Source of the DNA: the human T2T-CHM13v2.0 reference genome, Homo sapiens
Direction: 5' to 3' (one strand)
Assembly (NCBI RefSeq): GCF_009914755.1
Contig: NC_060925.1
DNA length: 64,000 nt
How positions within the stretch are numbered: the first letter of the stretch is position 1; every line of letters begins with the position of its first letter. Position numbers and translations under genes: made by a program. Positions 1 through 13,480 of the stretch are shown piece after piece. Below the pieces are notes generated by a model that was given only the letters and a program-made list of their open reading frames with translations, did not search any database and was not told the origin of the DNA.

Positions 1-419
1 TGGTTACAAACTCACAATCGAGAAATGTATTCTGTATGGAATAACTGTCCAAAGGTCAACAGCAGCAATAGGAGGCACAATCCCTTCTGGGACCTGAGTC
101 CCATAAATGCTAAGAACTAATGCAGTTTCCAGCAAAGTGGACCTAAGTCCTGGGCTATGGAAGGAAGGATTCAGGGCAATGAATTTCTGTCTTTCGTACC
201 TTAACCTCTAATTCCTTCCCTGCCCACTTCCCTAAGATACATGGTCTGGAGAAAAGAGCACACTGACCTGGGTTCAAATGCTAGCTTCACCTCTTCCTGG
301 CTATGTGCCTTTAGGCAAGTTTCTTCATTTCTCTAAGTTTATTTGTCTGGGAATTCCAGCAGAGGAATAGGCATCCAGACTCTGGAGCTCATCAGTCTAG
401 CCCAAGATTCAGTGTGGAT

Positions 420-860
420 TAAATTAATGCTTGTTGATGCCTAGTGTGTGCCAGGTCCAGTGCCATGCACTGGAAATTCAGAGATGGGTGGTATATTGAC
501 TTCAGTGAACTCACAGTATAGTGGGAAACAAAAACATGTAAGCAGATAATTACAAAAGCATGTGATACACTCAATACAAAGTTCTGAAGCCATACAAAGG
601 AGGAAGTGACTATTTCTACCAGAGATGGGGGAACATCAGAGAAAGCATCACCCACAAGGGTTTTGAAGGATGAACAGGAGTTTCCCAACACACTAAAAGG
701 GGAAAGGCGATGTAAGAAAAGGGAACAGTATATGTAAGGGGAGGTGAGACAGTCATGTATATTTGAAAAACAACAAGTTTGATATGGCTGGAATGTTATG
801 GAGAGACAGGAGATGTGGAGATAGGAATGGTGCAATGAGCTGGATCATCCAGGGCCTTGG
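420..860 (-). mobile_element. L2 fragment
   Basis: gcttgttgatgcctagtgtgtgccagg...gaactcacagtatagtggga... is typical of an antisense L2 3' end. Confidence 0.6.
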
Positions 861-2744
861 TATCTTGCTCAAGAGAAAAGATGGAGCAGAGCCTTCCATA
901 CCTACCCTTGGCTCTGGTGCTCTTCCTGTCAAAACAAGCACCCTGCAATCACACCCTTTCCTGTGCCTTTGATTTAAGAGTTCCTCTCCTGGCCCTGACA
1001 GTAAGGCATTTCTGTCCCACAGATTATAACTCACTCTGGGCTATTATTCAGCTCCCCAGCCCTGGCCCTGCTGCAGTTAGTCCAAACATAATATCCTTCA
1101 TGCATATATTATCTGTCTCCCTATTATCTGGAATCATTTCGGAATTAAATTTCAGTCCTGCAATATTGGCTTCAGGAGCGGCGCGCTTTATGGGCTAGTC
1201 AAGGGTTAGAATACCAATCAAAGTAACAGTGCCGATGCAGCGAGACATTTTAATATTCCAAAACCTGGTAATTGTAAAAGGACATAATATTTTTTCCCTG
1301 ATTACCCCAAAGGCAACACATGTTAACAAGGCGAGGGAAGGAGTGAAAGAAATTTCAGAGTTCAGACAGCTGTAAGACATATTTAAAGGAAAAGCCCAGG
1401 CTAGGCACTACACCATGGGGGCAGGGAGATGGGAAGAAAGGAGACATTCCCTCTAGCTCCGGCAGCCCCTGACTCCAAAGACAGTACTTTCCCTCCTCTA
1501 TCTCTGGACTACACTCCAAGAGCTTACCCCAACAGCAGATGTTGCAGAGAATGGGATGAAAGGGGAAAGAGTTCAAGATCTGGAGTCTCAAGGCTCAGGT
1601 TCTTGTTTCAGCTTACAATTCAGTAGCCTCCAGCTCCCAAGACTGTTCCCTCCCAGGGTTCCAGCATCAAACCCAGCAGCAAGCACTCTGGGCTGCTCTC
1701 CCACTCACTCTCTTCTTATCCCATGCCTGTGCTCACACCTCTGCCTCATCTATACCTAGTGCTCTATGCGTGTGTTTTTTCCCAAAGACAGATGAAGGCC
1801 CTGATCTACTTGGCCTGCAGAGCTGATTCCCATCAGGACACCAGCCCACAACTGCCCACTGCCCCATGGACAATGCTCTGCACTTTGGATGATGCCAAAG
1901 ACCGAGACCACAGCCCCAGCCTGCTTCTGACCTCAGAGGGACCCAGAAGTAACTGCCCTCAGTGCAAACTCTCCCCCTCTCCAAAATAAAACAAAACAAA
2001 CAGCTTGCAGAGCCCCTAGCTATTCATACCTCTCTTGGTTTTCATTTTTGTTTGTTTTTTTTTCCAAGTTAGCTTCTGAATGGCCCCAGTAGAGGAGCTC
2101 TGTGGGCAGCACCTTGCAGCCACCCTTCTATAGAGTCCTAGCTTCTGTAGCAGCTTAATCCCCACAGCCCCCAAAAAGTGAACTGGCTAGCAGGGTTTTG
2201 GATCCCCTCACTCCTGATGACTTCCCAGCCAGCTCAGCCCACTTGCTGAAGCCTCCAATCTGCATCATCCCGACCTGCTGACCTGCTATGGCCCCCAGCA
2301 AAGAACTTCATTAAGGCCGAGAATTTATTCCTCCATAAGCCCTTAATTTATTACTGCACTGATTGGGACTCTGAATGCTCCAAGGTCAGGAAAAGTCACA
2401 CTCAATCGTAGACATCAACCCTCCCTTTGGCAGTTTCTCCTGCTGCACCCTCCCAGGGGAGAGGGAGAAACAGAATGTTTCTTGGAGGGACCCAAGATTT
2501 TCTTTAAGAGCTGGTCCTCATCCAATCCTCTTCGGAGCACCCAGAAATTGCAGCAAGGCATAGTGTACGGATGGCAGAGGAAAAGTGGAGCAGCAATCTT
2601 CATACCCTGATATATCAGGGTCTGTTAAATTCTAGGTGGCCCTTATCCCTACAGCTGCTGGGTTTGACTGGCTGAGCCCTGTCTGCCAGGACTGACTCAG
2701 AATCCTCCTAAGGCTGCCTGCCTGCTTCCCCAGAAGCCCACCTC

Positions 2745-3161
2745 CCTCAGTCCATTTTGTGTTGCTATAAAGGAATACTTGAGGCTGGGTAATTTATTTT
2801 AAAAAATCGTTTGTTTGGCTCATGATTCTGATGCCTGGAAAAGTTAAAGATTAGGCATCGGGTGAGTGCCTCAGGCTGCTTCCACTCAAGGCAGAAAGTG
2901 AAGGGGAGCCAGCTTGTACAGAGATCACACGGCAAGAGGAAGCAAGTTGAGACAGAGGGGGAAGTGCCAGGCTGTTTTTAACAACCAGCTCTCTTGGGAA
3001 TGAATAGAGTGAGAACTCACTCACATCCCTCACTCCTGCCCCAGGGAGGACATTAAACTATTCACTCACAATGCAGACACCTCCCATTTGGTCCCATCTC
3101 GAACATTAGGGATCAAATTTCAACATGAGATCTGGAGAGGACAAACATCCAAACCATAACA
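2745..3161 (-). mobile_element. ERVL-MaLR solo LTR (MSTB/MSTA-like)
   Basis: Minus strand starts tgttatggtttggatgtttgtcctctccagatctcatgttgaaatttgatccc and ends aattacccagcctcaagtattcctttatagcaacacaaaatggact. Confidence 0.85.
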
Positions 3162-5085
3162 CCACCCTATCAGGCCCAGGCGTCAGAGGGAATTCCACAC
3201 AATTTGCAAGTATGTGCAGTGTGCACACACTTGCATGGCTATGTGTGTAGGTATGCATTTGTATTACATTTATACATATGTGTCCATGCATATGCAATAG
3301 GTAAACATATTTTATGTGTGCATGCATACATACACATACATCCTTATGGAGGTCTCTTCCATCCTTTCTGTTTTTTGATTCCTTATTCATAATAACATTC
3401 TTTTCCATACAACATCAGCTACCCACTTCCATGGCCATACCTTGGAATCTGCCAACACCTAGAACTGCCCCATCCCTGAAATCACTAATTCAGACACCTA
3501 TTCTCTAACCATAATCTCTAATCCTTCCATCTGGCATGTTAAACTATATCCACTATACCAATTCCTCATTTTGTTGGTACTTATTTACTTTTTCCATATC
3601 CATCAGACCCCCTGCTATCTTCTTTTCCCCCAACATCCAGCTTAGATCCCATAATCCATCTTGCCAACTGCTCTCTTACCAATATTTTCAATTCCCTATC
3701 CCTTTCATCAAACCTCCCTGAGGAAAATCTCCACCCTGAATGAATCTAAATGTCTACTTTCTCCATGCCCACAACCAGGCAGCTGAGGTCCAATAAAGAA
3801 AAGTCATACAATTGAACAGAGTGGTTCCACAATGAATTAATACCATCAACCTCAACTGGATCCTCAACACTGCATAGAAATCCTACTATACTTCTCAAGT
3901 CAGCTCACACATCTATTCTTTAGTAGAACTACGGCAAGCCTGTAAACTCTCCCAGCCCTTCCCTATTAGTGATCAGCAAATGACTCATCTGTTTCACACA
4001 GAAAAATAAAAGCCATCAGATGGTAACTACCTCAACCTGCTGCCACCAAATCTACAAGCCTACCTACCTCCATTTGTGCCCATCTTCCTCTCCTTCCCTC
4101 CTGTCACAATAGAAGCAGGGACCTTCCGCCTAAAGAGAGCCAATTTCAAGAGCCTAGGTTCTCCACCCCTTCTCCTCTCACCTCCTCAGAGGCCTCCCTT
4201 ACTGGCTTCTTCTCCCTCCTGCACCTTCAACAGGATTTCCTTCTCTAATAGATCCTACAGAAAAACACATGCCTTCTACCTTAAAAACAAAACCCGCTTT
4301 AACCCCTACTTGCCCCACCACAGCTCTTGTCCTTTCTCTCACCTTCAAAGCAACATTTCTGAAAAAGTTGAAGTTTCTCCACCTCCTCATTTCTCATTTA
4401 CTCTTTAGTTCACTCCAATTTGGCTCCTGTTCCTATCATGCCACTCAGGACCAAGGTCACTGAGGCCCTTGTTATTAACAAGTTCAGGGCTCAAATTTTA
4501 GTCTTCATCTTGTGTAGCCCTCTCTGAACTGACCACTCCTCTTCTTCTGAAACACTTTTTCTTGGTTTCTGCAATACCACACTCTTACAGTCTTTCTTCT
4601 TCTATCACTTTTTTACTCTCTGTCTCTTCAGCATTTAGCAAAACTGAATTTAAGTTCTGGCTCTGCCATGTACTACTGTGAAACCATTGAGCAAGTTTCA
4701 TCATCGCTCCATGCCTTGGTTTTCTCAACCTTAAAATGTGAAAAATAATAGCAACCACTGCACTGGGTCCTGCGAGGACTAGACAATGTAGGTACATAAC
4801 CATAGCGTCTAGCACAGCACTGTCCAATAGAAATATAATGTGAGCCACATATGAAACTTAGAATTTTCTAGCAGCCGCACTAAAAAGTAAAATGAAACAG
4901 ACAAAATTATTTTAATAATATATTTTATTTTAGTATATCCAAGTATTATTTCACATGTAATCAATACAGAAAATTACGAGACATTTTGCATTTTTTCATA
5001 CCAAGTCTCTGAAATCTGACGTGTAACTTACACTTACTGTACATCTCAATTGGGATGCTAAATCTTCATCAGAAATACTTAATCT

Positions 5086-5384
5086 GCCGAGTGCAGTGGC
5101 TCGCACCTGTAATCCCAACACTTTGGGAGGCCGAGGCAGGTTGATTGCTGAGGCAAGGAGTTGGAAACCAGCCTGAACAACATGGCGAAACTCTATTTCT
5201 ACTAAAAATACAAAAATTAGCTTGGCATGGTAGCACACACCTGCAGTCCCAGCTACTTGGCAGGCTGAGGCACAAGAATCACTTGAACCCAGGAGGCAGA
5301 GGCTGCAGTGAACCAAGATCATGCCACTGCACTTTAGCCTGGGCAACAGAGCAAGACTGTCTCAGGAAAAAAAAAAAAAAAAAG
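5086..5384 (+). mobile_element. Alu (S-like), TSD gaaatacttaatct
   Basis: Dimeric Alu with A tail and a TSD on both sides. Confidence 0.95.
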
Positions 5385-5490
5385 GAAATACTTAATCTGT
5401 ATTTAGATTTTATACAATTAACAGTTTAAAATGTAGATTCACCAACTCAGGCTGTACTAAACATAAAATTTTTCAAGAAAGTTTTTAATT

Positions 5491-5791
<301 letters not shown>

Positions 5792-6119
5792 AAGAAAGTT
5801 TTTAATTTAAATTGATTAAAATTAAATAAAATTTAAAATGTGTTCTTCAATCATACTAGCTACATTTCAAGTGATCTACTGCCACATGTGGCTAGTGGAA
5901 ATTATGTTGGAAAACACAGGTCTAGCACACAAAATGCAATCTGTAATTCAGGACTATTTATTATATTCTCTATTTTTGACTATTCCTTCTGTATCTCGCA
6001 AATGTTGGTATTTCTCAGTGTTCTATCCTAGGCTTTCTTCTCACCCTATACCCTCTTCTTTGGCAATCTCATCCACTTCCATGCTTTAATTATCAATCAC
6101 AGACCAATAACACTGCCAA

Positions 6120-6448
<329 letters not shown>

Positions 6449-6684
6449 TGAGCCCCACACCTATGTACTTAACTGCCTCCTCAATGTCTCAAAAGCATCT
6501 TAACACATATGCCCCACAATGACTTCATCTTCTTTTCCAATTCTGAAACTTCTCCTTCTCCCATTATCTCAGTCAACTCATTCCAATTCACTCAGTTGCT
6601 CAAATCATAAATCCTGGGGTCATCATGGTCTCTTCCTTCATCCTCAACCCTCACAACCAATCACCAATTGCTGTTTATTATATA

Positions 6685-7228
6685 ATCAGTGCTACTATAA
6701 TACTCTTTGAAAAAGCAAATTTGTCCAATGCAACTGATGTATTGGGAACAATTTATAGTAACACAAATTTTGCATTTGTTAATGTGCAATTTTGTTCACA
6801 AGAAACACTAGATAAACACAGGAAACTATACCTCACTGAATAGGGCTGGGTAGGAATACATAAAACACATACATGCACACATCTTAAACATCTACCAGCC
6901 ACCTAGATCACCACATGTTATGGACCACATTCATCTGGTTACAATTTTCCATCTGATTTCAGATGATCTTCTTCCACTACTTCATAACTCACAAGCTGCA
7001 ACCCTTCTCATGCCCATTTCTATAAGCAAACTTCGGGGTTTTACAGAGTAAAGTACCATATTTATTGTGGTATTTATGTATTTCTTAAGCATTTAATGTG
7101 TAAAACTATGCTACCATTTTTATTAGATTCCTATCTTTTATGTGTCACTAACTGAATTTTTATTGCATGACTTTCTCTAGCATGGTGATTTTCAGAAATC
7201 TCTATGTTGCATTATAGCAGAACTGACT
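6685..7228. mobile_element. Probable TcMar-Tigger-like DNA transposon
   Basis: Imperfect terminal inverted repeats (atcagtgctactataa / ttatagcagaactgac) around an AT-rich interior, inserted into L2 sequence. Confidence 0.45.
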
Positions 7229-7336
7229 AAACCATTTAATACTCAGGAATTGGCCCATTTCTCTACATTTCCACTGCTATCAGTTCAATCGAAGTAATTA
7301 CCATCTTTCACCTGGACCACAGAAACAGCCTAATTC

Positions 7337-7555
7337 TGTGGTTCTCAACCAAGGACAGTATTCCTCCACTCCCACCCTGTCCAGGCCACTAGAAATGTAT
7401 ACAGGGTGATATTTTTTATTATCACAACGACTCGGAGAGGGTCACTATTGGTATTCAATCAACAGGGGCTGGGGATGCTACAAGTTCAGCAATGTCACCC
7501 ACACAATGATCTGTCCCACCAAAAATGCCAAACATAGCTCTATCAAGAAAAACCA
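7337..7555. mobile_element. MER20-like DNA transposon
   Basis: gtggttctcaacc...gatattttttattatcacaac...ggggatgct...cccaccaaaaatgccaa. Confidence 0.65.
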
Positions 7556-8115
7556 GCAACTGGTCTCCTGTATCTGCTCTTAGCTCCCTCTACACTGCAG
7601 CCAGAGAGAACTTTCTTAGAATGCAAATCAGATGATGCCCCTCTTATATTTAATACCCTTTAACAGCTTCCTCTTACCCTAAACATCAAGGTCAAAATCA
7701 AAGTGTGGTCTATAGGCTCCTGACTTCCTTCTAGCCTCATCTCATGCCACTCTCCTTTTGCCACCTTCACTACATTTTAGGCATTCATTCACTCAACACA
7801 TAAGGATTAAACATCTGTGTGCCAGGAACTATTCAGAGCGATGGGGGTAGAGCAGTGAACAAAAGACACAAATTCTTTCTCCTCTTAGAACTTACATTCT
7901 AGTTTCATGAAGCTGCCAGGCTTCTTCTCCTCACCTCAGGGTCTCACCACATGCTACATTGTGCTTAGCCAATTTCAACTCATTCTTCAGGTCTCAGCTT
8001 AGACATCCTTCCTCAGGGAATTATTCTCTGACCCTACCCTACTAAGTTAGTTCCTTCTTACATGATCCATGACTCTGAACTGTTTAGTGTTACTCAATGC
8101 AACTAAAATTATTTA

Positions 8116-8824
<709 letters not shown>

Positions 8825-10878
8825 ATTCTTCAGGCCCCTCAGTGACAGCTCTGATCTCCTGGAGGGAGCTGGGAGCAGGGCCCCAAGTCCTGTCTAAGAT
8901 GACAGCTCAATAAGAATATAAGATCATTCAATGACATTCCAAATGTCAGCAAACACGGGCCTGCTCCACTCTGCTACAGGGGAAGTAGGTGGCAGCAGGA
9001 GATGTGGAAACTTGGCCATTGAAAAGTTCCTATTTCCTGATGCAACCCACACCATTTCTGGAGAAGTAAGGGCAGCTGAAAGACATTTTGCCTCTTCTCA
9101 GATTAGAGGTCTTAGGAAATAGGCATGGTGAATTCATGCCCAGTTGCTCACTCACTAGGCAAGTCTCAGGTGACCAAGCAGACCAGGACCTTCCCCACCT
9201 TTCTCAAGGAGTAATGCTCTGCTGGGGGAGCAGAGGAGGAAGAGAGAAGAAAGGGAAGGGGGAAACACAAAGTAAGATCAAGGACAGGAGAGGACCCTGT
9301 AGAGAACCAGAGCCTGGGTCACACAGGGGACACAAGGCATGGAGTAAGTCTTTTACATAATATTCCTGCAACCTTGGCAATGACCTCTCTGGCTTTGCTT
9401 TTATCATTACTCTTTTTAAGCAGGAATCTTAGTGCAGCCTGCACCAAGTCACACAGCATAAAGGTCAGAAAGAGTACCATGCCCCTGGGCCTCCAGACTC
9501 AGCAGCCTCTATGTCCTGAATGGCTGTTGGTAAGGACTGAGCTAAAGTCCAGAGTTAAGCCACCTCTCCTGTTGGGCCTTTAAGCACATTTGCAATACAA
9601 AGTGGCTGGAGTGCAGAGAGGAAGAGGTTAGACCCCTTATGTCTCCCAGACTTGCTCAGCTTACCTCACACGAGGAAATCACAAGGCCAACTAGCAACAG
9701 AGTCCTCAGTTTCGCCTTGTACCTACTATTCCCTTCCTCTTCAGGTCAGCACAGTCTGCAGGGGAACCAAACTGAACAGACTCTGGGCAGCCTGCCTTTA
9801 CCCCCACCCTTTGGGCCAGCAGCACCAAGGTGGCCCTGAGTGACAACGTTACCACATGGGTCGGCTGCTTTCCTGCCTTTCTGCCAAGGAACCTGGAGGC
9901 AGGGAGCTATCCATACACCAAAAAGTCTAGTGAACTTCACAGGGTAATTGTTCATGGTCAGCGCCTGCCTCGCCTGGCCGGGCCTTCACATTGCATTTGC
10001 TGAGGCCAGCAAGCAGCCTCAGATGTGCTCTGACAGCTGGTATGCTATGTTCCAGGGGTCCATGCCTAGCCCCACCACATGCCTAGCTCTGCCTTGGGGG
10101 ACCTCTATGGAACTAGTTCTCAAAGATGAATCCGTCAGCCAGCAATTACTCACTGAGCACATACTCTATACCCAGCCCTGGCCTAGCCACTGGAGACACA
10201 GAGAGGAACCAGACTTCATCTCTGTGATCCAGATGGCCATGTCTGGAAGGAAATACACATGGATTCAGTTTCAACTGAGATAAGTGATTTCCCAAGTGCC
10301 AAGGAACCTCAAGGCAAGAGACTGACTGCTGGGCTTCTCAGCAGAAGTGATACCTGAGGTGAATCTTCCAGGGCAGGGAATATGTCTGATGAAGATGACT
10401 GAGGGACATTTCAGACAGAAGGCAAGCCATAGAGCAAGGCCCAAAGCCAGGGGAGTGCGTAGCTTTTTCAGCACAAGAGGAGTAGTAAGCAGCAGCTGCC
10501 CAGTTTCATGGGAGATCAGCAGGAGAGGGGGTATGAGTCAAACTGCAAACAAACCAAGTGCAAAGCACCTGTCCACCAGTGGAAAGCAAACAACTTCACA
10601 AATGATGCCACAAAGCATGGAACTAAGTCCAAGGTCATTGTCAGTGTGGCACAAATACTTATAAAGCTTTCTCTTCCACTGCTCCTCCACATGTTTGCTT
10701 AGCTCCAGCCCCCACACACACCAAAAGCATGCTGCCCTCCCTGCTGAGAAAGCATTCTCTCCTCCTCCTATCCATATCCCACCTTCCTTGAATGCCCAGG
10801 TCAAGACTCAAATCCTCGCCATACCTAGCCTCACCCCCCTTGACCTCTCTCTTCTCTAAGCCCCCTGGGAGCCACTAC

Positions 10879-10962
10879 CTTGACCCCCGGTGTGTTCTCC
10901 TTTCTCTGAGCTTCCTCTGACTGGTAGCATGAGGTTCCTGAGGCTGTTCCAGGACTGCTGCC
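10879..10962 (-). CDS. ERI3: Candidate in-frame ERI3 cassette exon (84 nt): GSSPGTASGTSCYQSEEAQRKENTPGVK
   Basis: Stop-free, phase 0/0, donor AAG|gtagtg, weak acceptor ctgacctaag|GGC. Lies about 765 nt downstream of the 11728 exon. Confidence 0.3.
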
Positions 10963-11727
10963 CTTAGGTCAGAATGATTTATGGGGGTGAGTCTCCCTAG
11001 TGGACTGGGCCTCCTGGAGCAAGGATTCCTCTAGAGCAGGGATACTCTGCTAGGAAAGTACAGTTTTCTAAGTGATTCATTCTCTGCCAGGGCTCACTAT
11101 CGTAGCCACACATGGTCCTTGCCGGTCCATAGCCTGAGCACCAACTCCCCAGGTGCTTGATTCTACATAAGTTCCAGTCTCTGCCCTCATGCCCAAAGGG
11201 AATTGGACTCTAGTTTCCATGGCTCTTCCTCACATGAGCCAGGCTCTCCTGGAGCAAGGCAGGAACAAAGCCAACTTAAGTGTACTCTGCCTCCCAACCA
11301 GAGTGATATATCAGGGCCAGTTAGGAGGGTCAGAGACCACATTGATGATGATAACAAAGGAGAATACTTTCCCAGAGGCTCAGCTAGTGCCATGTCTCTC
11401 CTAGAGACAAGCCAGCTCTGCCCACAGATTCAGCTCTGAGCAAGAGCCCCCCAAAATCTCCTTAACTGGGACTTCTCTGCCTGTCTGGGGGACACCAACT
11501 AGGGCAGTGTCATAATCTGCCCAGCAGCTGGATCCCCAAGCAGCTCTCCACAGTCAGAAATAACCACATTTCAGTGCATATTAGCTAAGGAAAAGGATGA
11601 AGTTAAGAAAAGAGAAGAACAAAAAGAAAAAGAGGGAGAACAGATATAAGAAAAGAAAGCAAAGGACGGGAGCTCTGAGGCACAAGAGCACCAGGGGAAG
11701 CACCCAGTTGGGGCTCAGACACAGTAC

Positions 11728-11800
11728 CTTTTTCAGATTAATCCACTGCTTGAAGTAATCCGCCACTGGCAAGCCCAAGTACTGGCACTGGCCTGGGAGC
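11728..11800 (-). CDS. ERI3: ERI3 coding exon (probably exon 7), 73 nt, phase 2/0: (M)LPGQCQYLGLPVADYFKQWINLKK
   Basis: Acceptor cttcccttttttttgtag|G and donor AAG|gtactg. The first G completes the ATG split from the previous exon. Carries the family 'W(I)NLKK' motif. Confidence 0.97.
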
Positions 11801-12039
11801 CTACAAAAAAAAGGGAAGAGAGAACAAGTTGGGCGCATCCATGTCCCAGGTATGAAGTCTTAAGATGGGAAGTCCAACAGAGCATACAAGACAAACAGAC
11901 CTCAAAAGGTCAACCCATTAGCCATGGGTCCCACCCCACCAAAGAAAGGGAACCCCACCTCCAGCACCATGGACACTGGGCTCCAGCTCTAGCCCTCAGA
12001 TCCAAGTGTGAGAGCACAAAAATTCTTTCCAAAATAATA

Positions 12040-12265
12040 GCAGCAGGCCACTATTTCCTAATGGCTTACAGTATGCCAAGTACCTTATATTTTCACATTT
12101 AATCTTCAAAGCAATGCTGAGACACAGGTACTGTTGTCTACATTTTACAGACGAGAAAATGAGATGTAGAGAGGTTACCCAAGGTCCCACAGCTAAAACA
12201 TGATAGTGCCAAGAACTGAACCCAGTTCTGTCTGACTCCAAAGCGTATGTTCTTTCTATGCACTG
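12040..12265 (-). mobile_element. MIR
   Basis: cacatttaatcttc...cattttacagacgagaaaatgag...ccaaggtcccacagcta...cccagttctgtctgactccaaagc. Confidence 0.8.
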
Positions 12266-12519
12266 GTTTGTTATTTTGTTACAGCAGAGAGGCAGACAGA
12301 CAAGATAGGAGGAGAGAAAGGCAGAGTATATGACTTAGAGATAGATGAGCAGGGGTTTCAGCTCACATTTAAGCCTCTGGCTACAGGTTTGTTTCAGATA
12401 GAGAAGAGGCCAGGTAGAAGGATAAGGAGAGGTCAGAATTCAAATCAAGGGTCTGTTCTTGTTTTTTTTCTTTAAATTAGAATTTATCAACTATCTCCCC
12501 CTCTAGCTGGTGATGGTTT

Positions 12520-13480
12520 TACTCAGACAAATCCATTCAAACAAACATGCATTGATGCTTAACAAGGGTCAGGAACTTACGAGTCAAAAAGTAAGATGTA
12601 ACTCTTGACCATAAAGGGCTCAGTTTGTTCAGAGGTATGGGCAATGAAAGAAAGACAAAAAAAGCCTTAAGTTGGAGTATGGGGGCATATGCAAGGATGG
12701 AGGAAGACAATACTGGAAGTATCAGCCAGGAAAGATCACAGTCTTATTCCTAAGAGAAGAGCTTTGCTACAGGCAATGGAGAGCCTCTGATGAGTTGTGA
12801 TTTACCAAGATTGTTCTGGATGCAGCAAAAATAATAGACTAAAAGAGCAGGGTAGAAGCCAGTAGAGAGAAACAGTAGTGGAAAAAATGGTGATCAAGGA
12901 ACAAACATTAAGATGTAAAGGAGGCCCCAGCGACTAAATGAAATGTGGGACCCAGTGAGAAAGCAGTAGACCTCTGCTTGGCTAGCTTCATGCTACTCAC
13001 TAAGATAGATCCAAAGAAGTAAGCAGTGGCATGGAGAGCCTATGTGACATCTGGAGCAGGCCAGCATTTGGTCAATTTTATTATTGTTTTAAAATGCTCT
13101 ACCTGTAGCATACCCACTTTCTGCCCAAACTGTGGGAGAACTGCTCCCCTGCCCCATCTTTAGTACGCCACTAGAAGGAAGCATGAGTTTGGGAATGCAG
13201 TTTTAGACACATGCTTGATACGCAATAAGCACTCGATGTCTGCTGAGTTTGAGGTGCCTAGTTTGAGGCACCTAGGAGATATCTGGCAGTGGAATGGTGT
13301 CTCAGAGGCAACTGGATATCTAGTTTTGAAGAGAGGTCTGGAATAAGACCATGGATTGCCAAATCATTAATATAATTATTAATGTAATCATTAACCTAAG
13401 TAAAATTAAAGCCAGGAGAGTAAATAAGATCACCCGGGGAACAGAATAGAGCGAGGTGAGCAGAGGGCCCAGGCTAATGC
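12520..13480 (-). mobile_element. L2 fragments
   Basis: cattcaaacaaacatgcattga... followed by a purine-rich L2 body. Confidence 0.55.

Noticed and set aside
2604-2621. Perfect 18-bp palindrome accctgatatatcagggt
   Set aside because: About 0.25 such palindromes are expected by chance in 64 kb (64000/4^9), and there is no supporting context.
4996-5429. Alu-derived ORFs (also near 8113, 25498, 36102, 36426, 51328, 62004 and 62351)
   Set aside because: Typical Alu translations (PRLECSG..., [10 protein letters not shown]), not genes.
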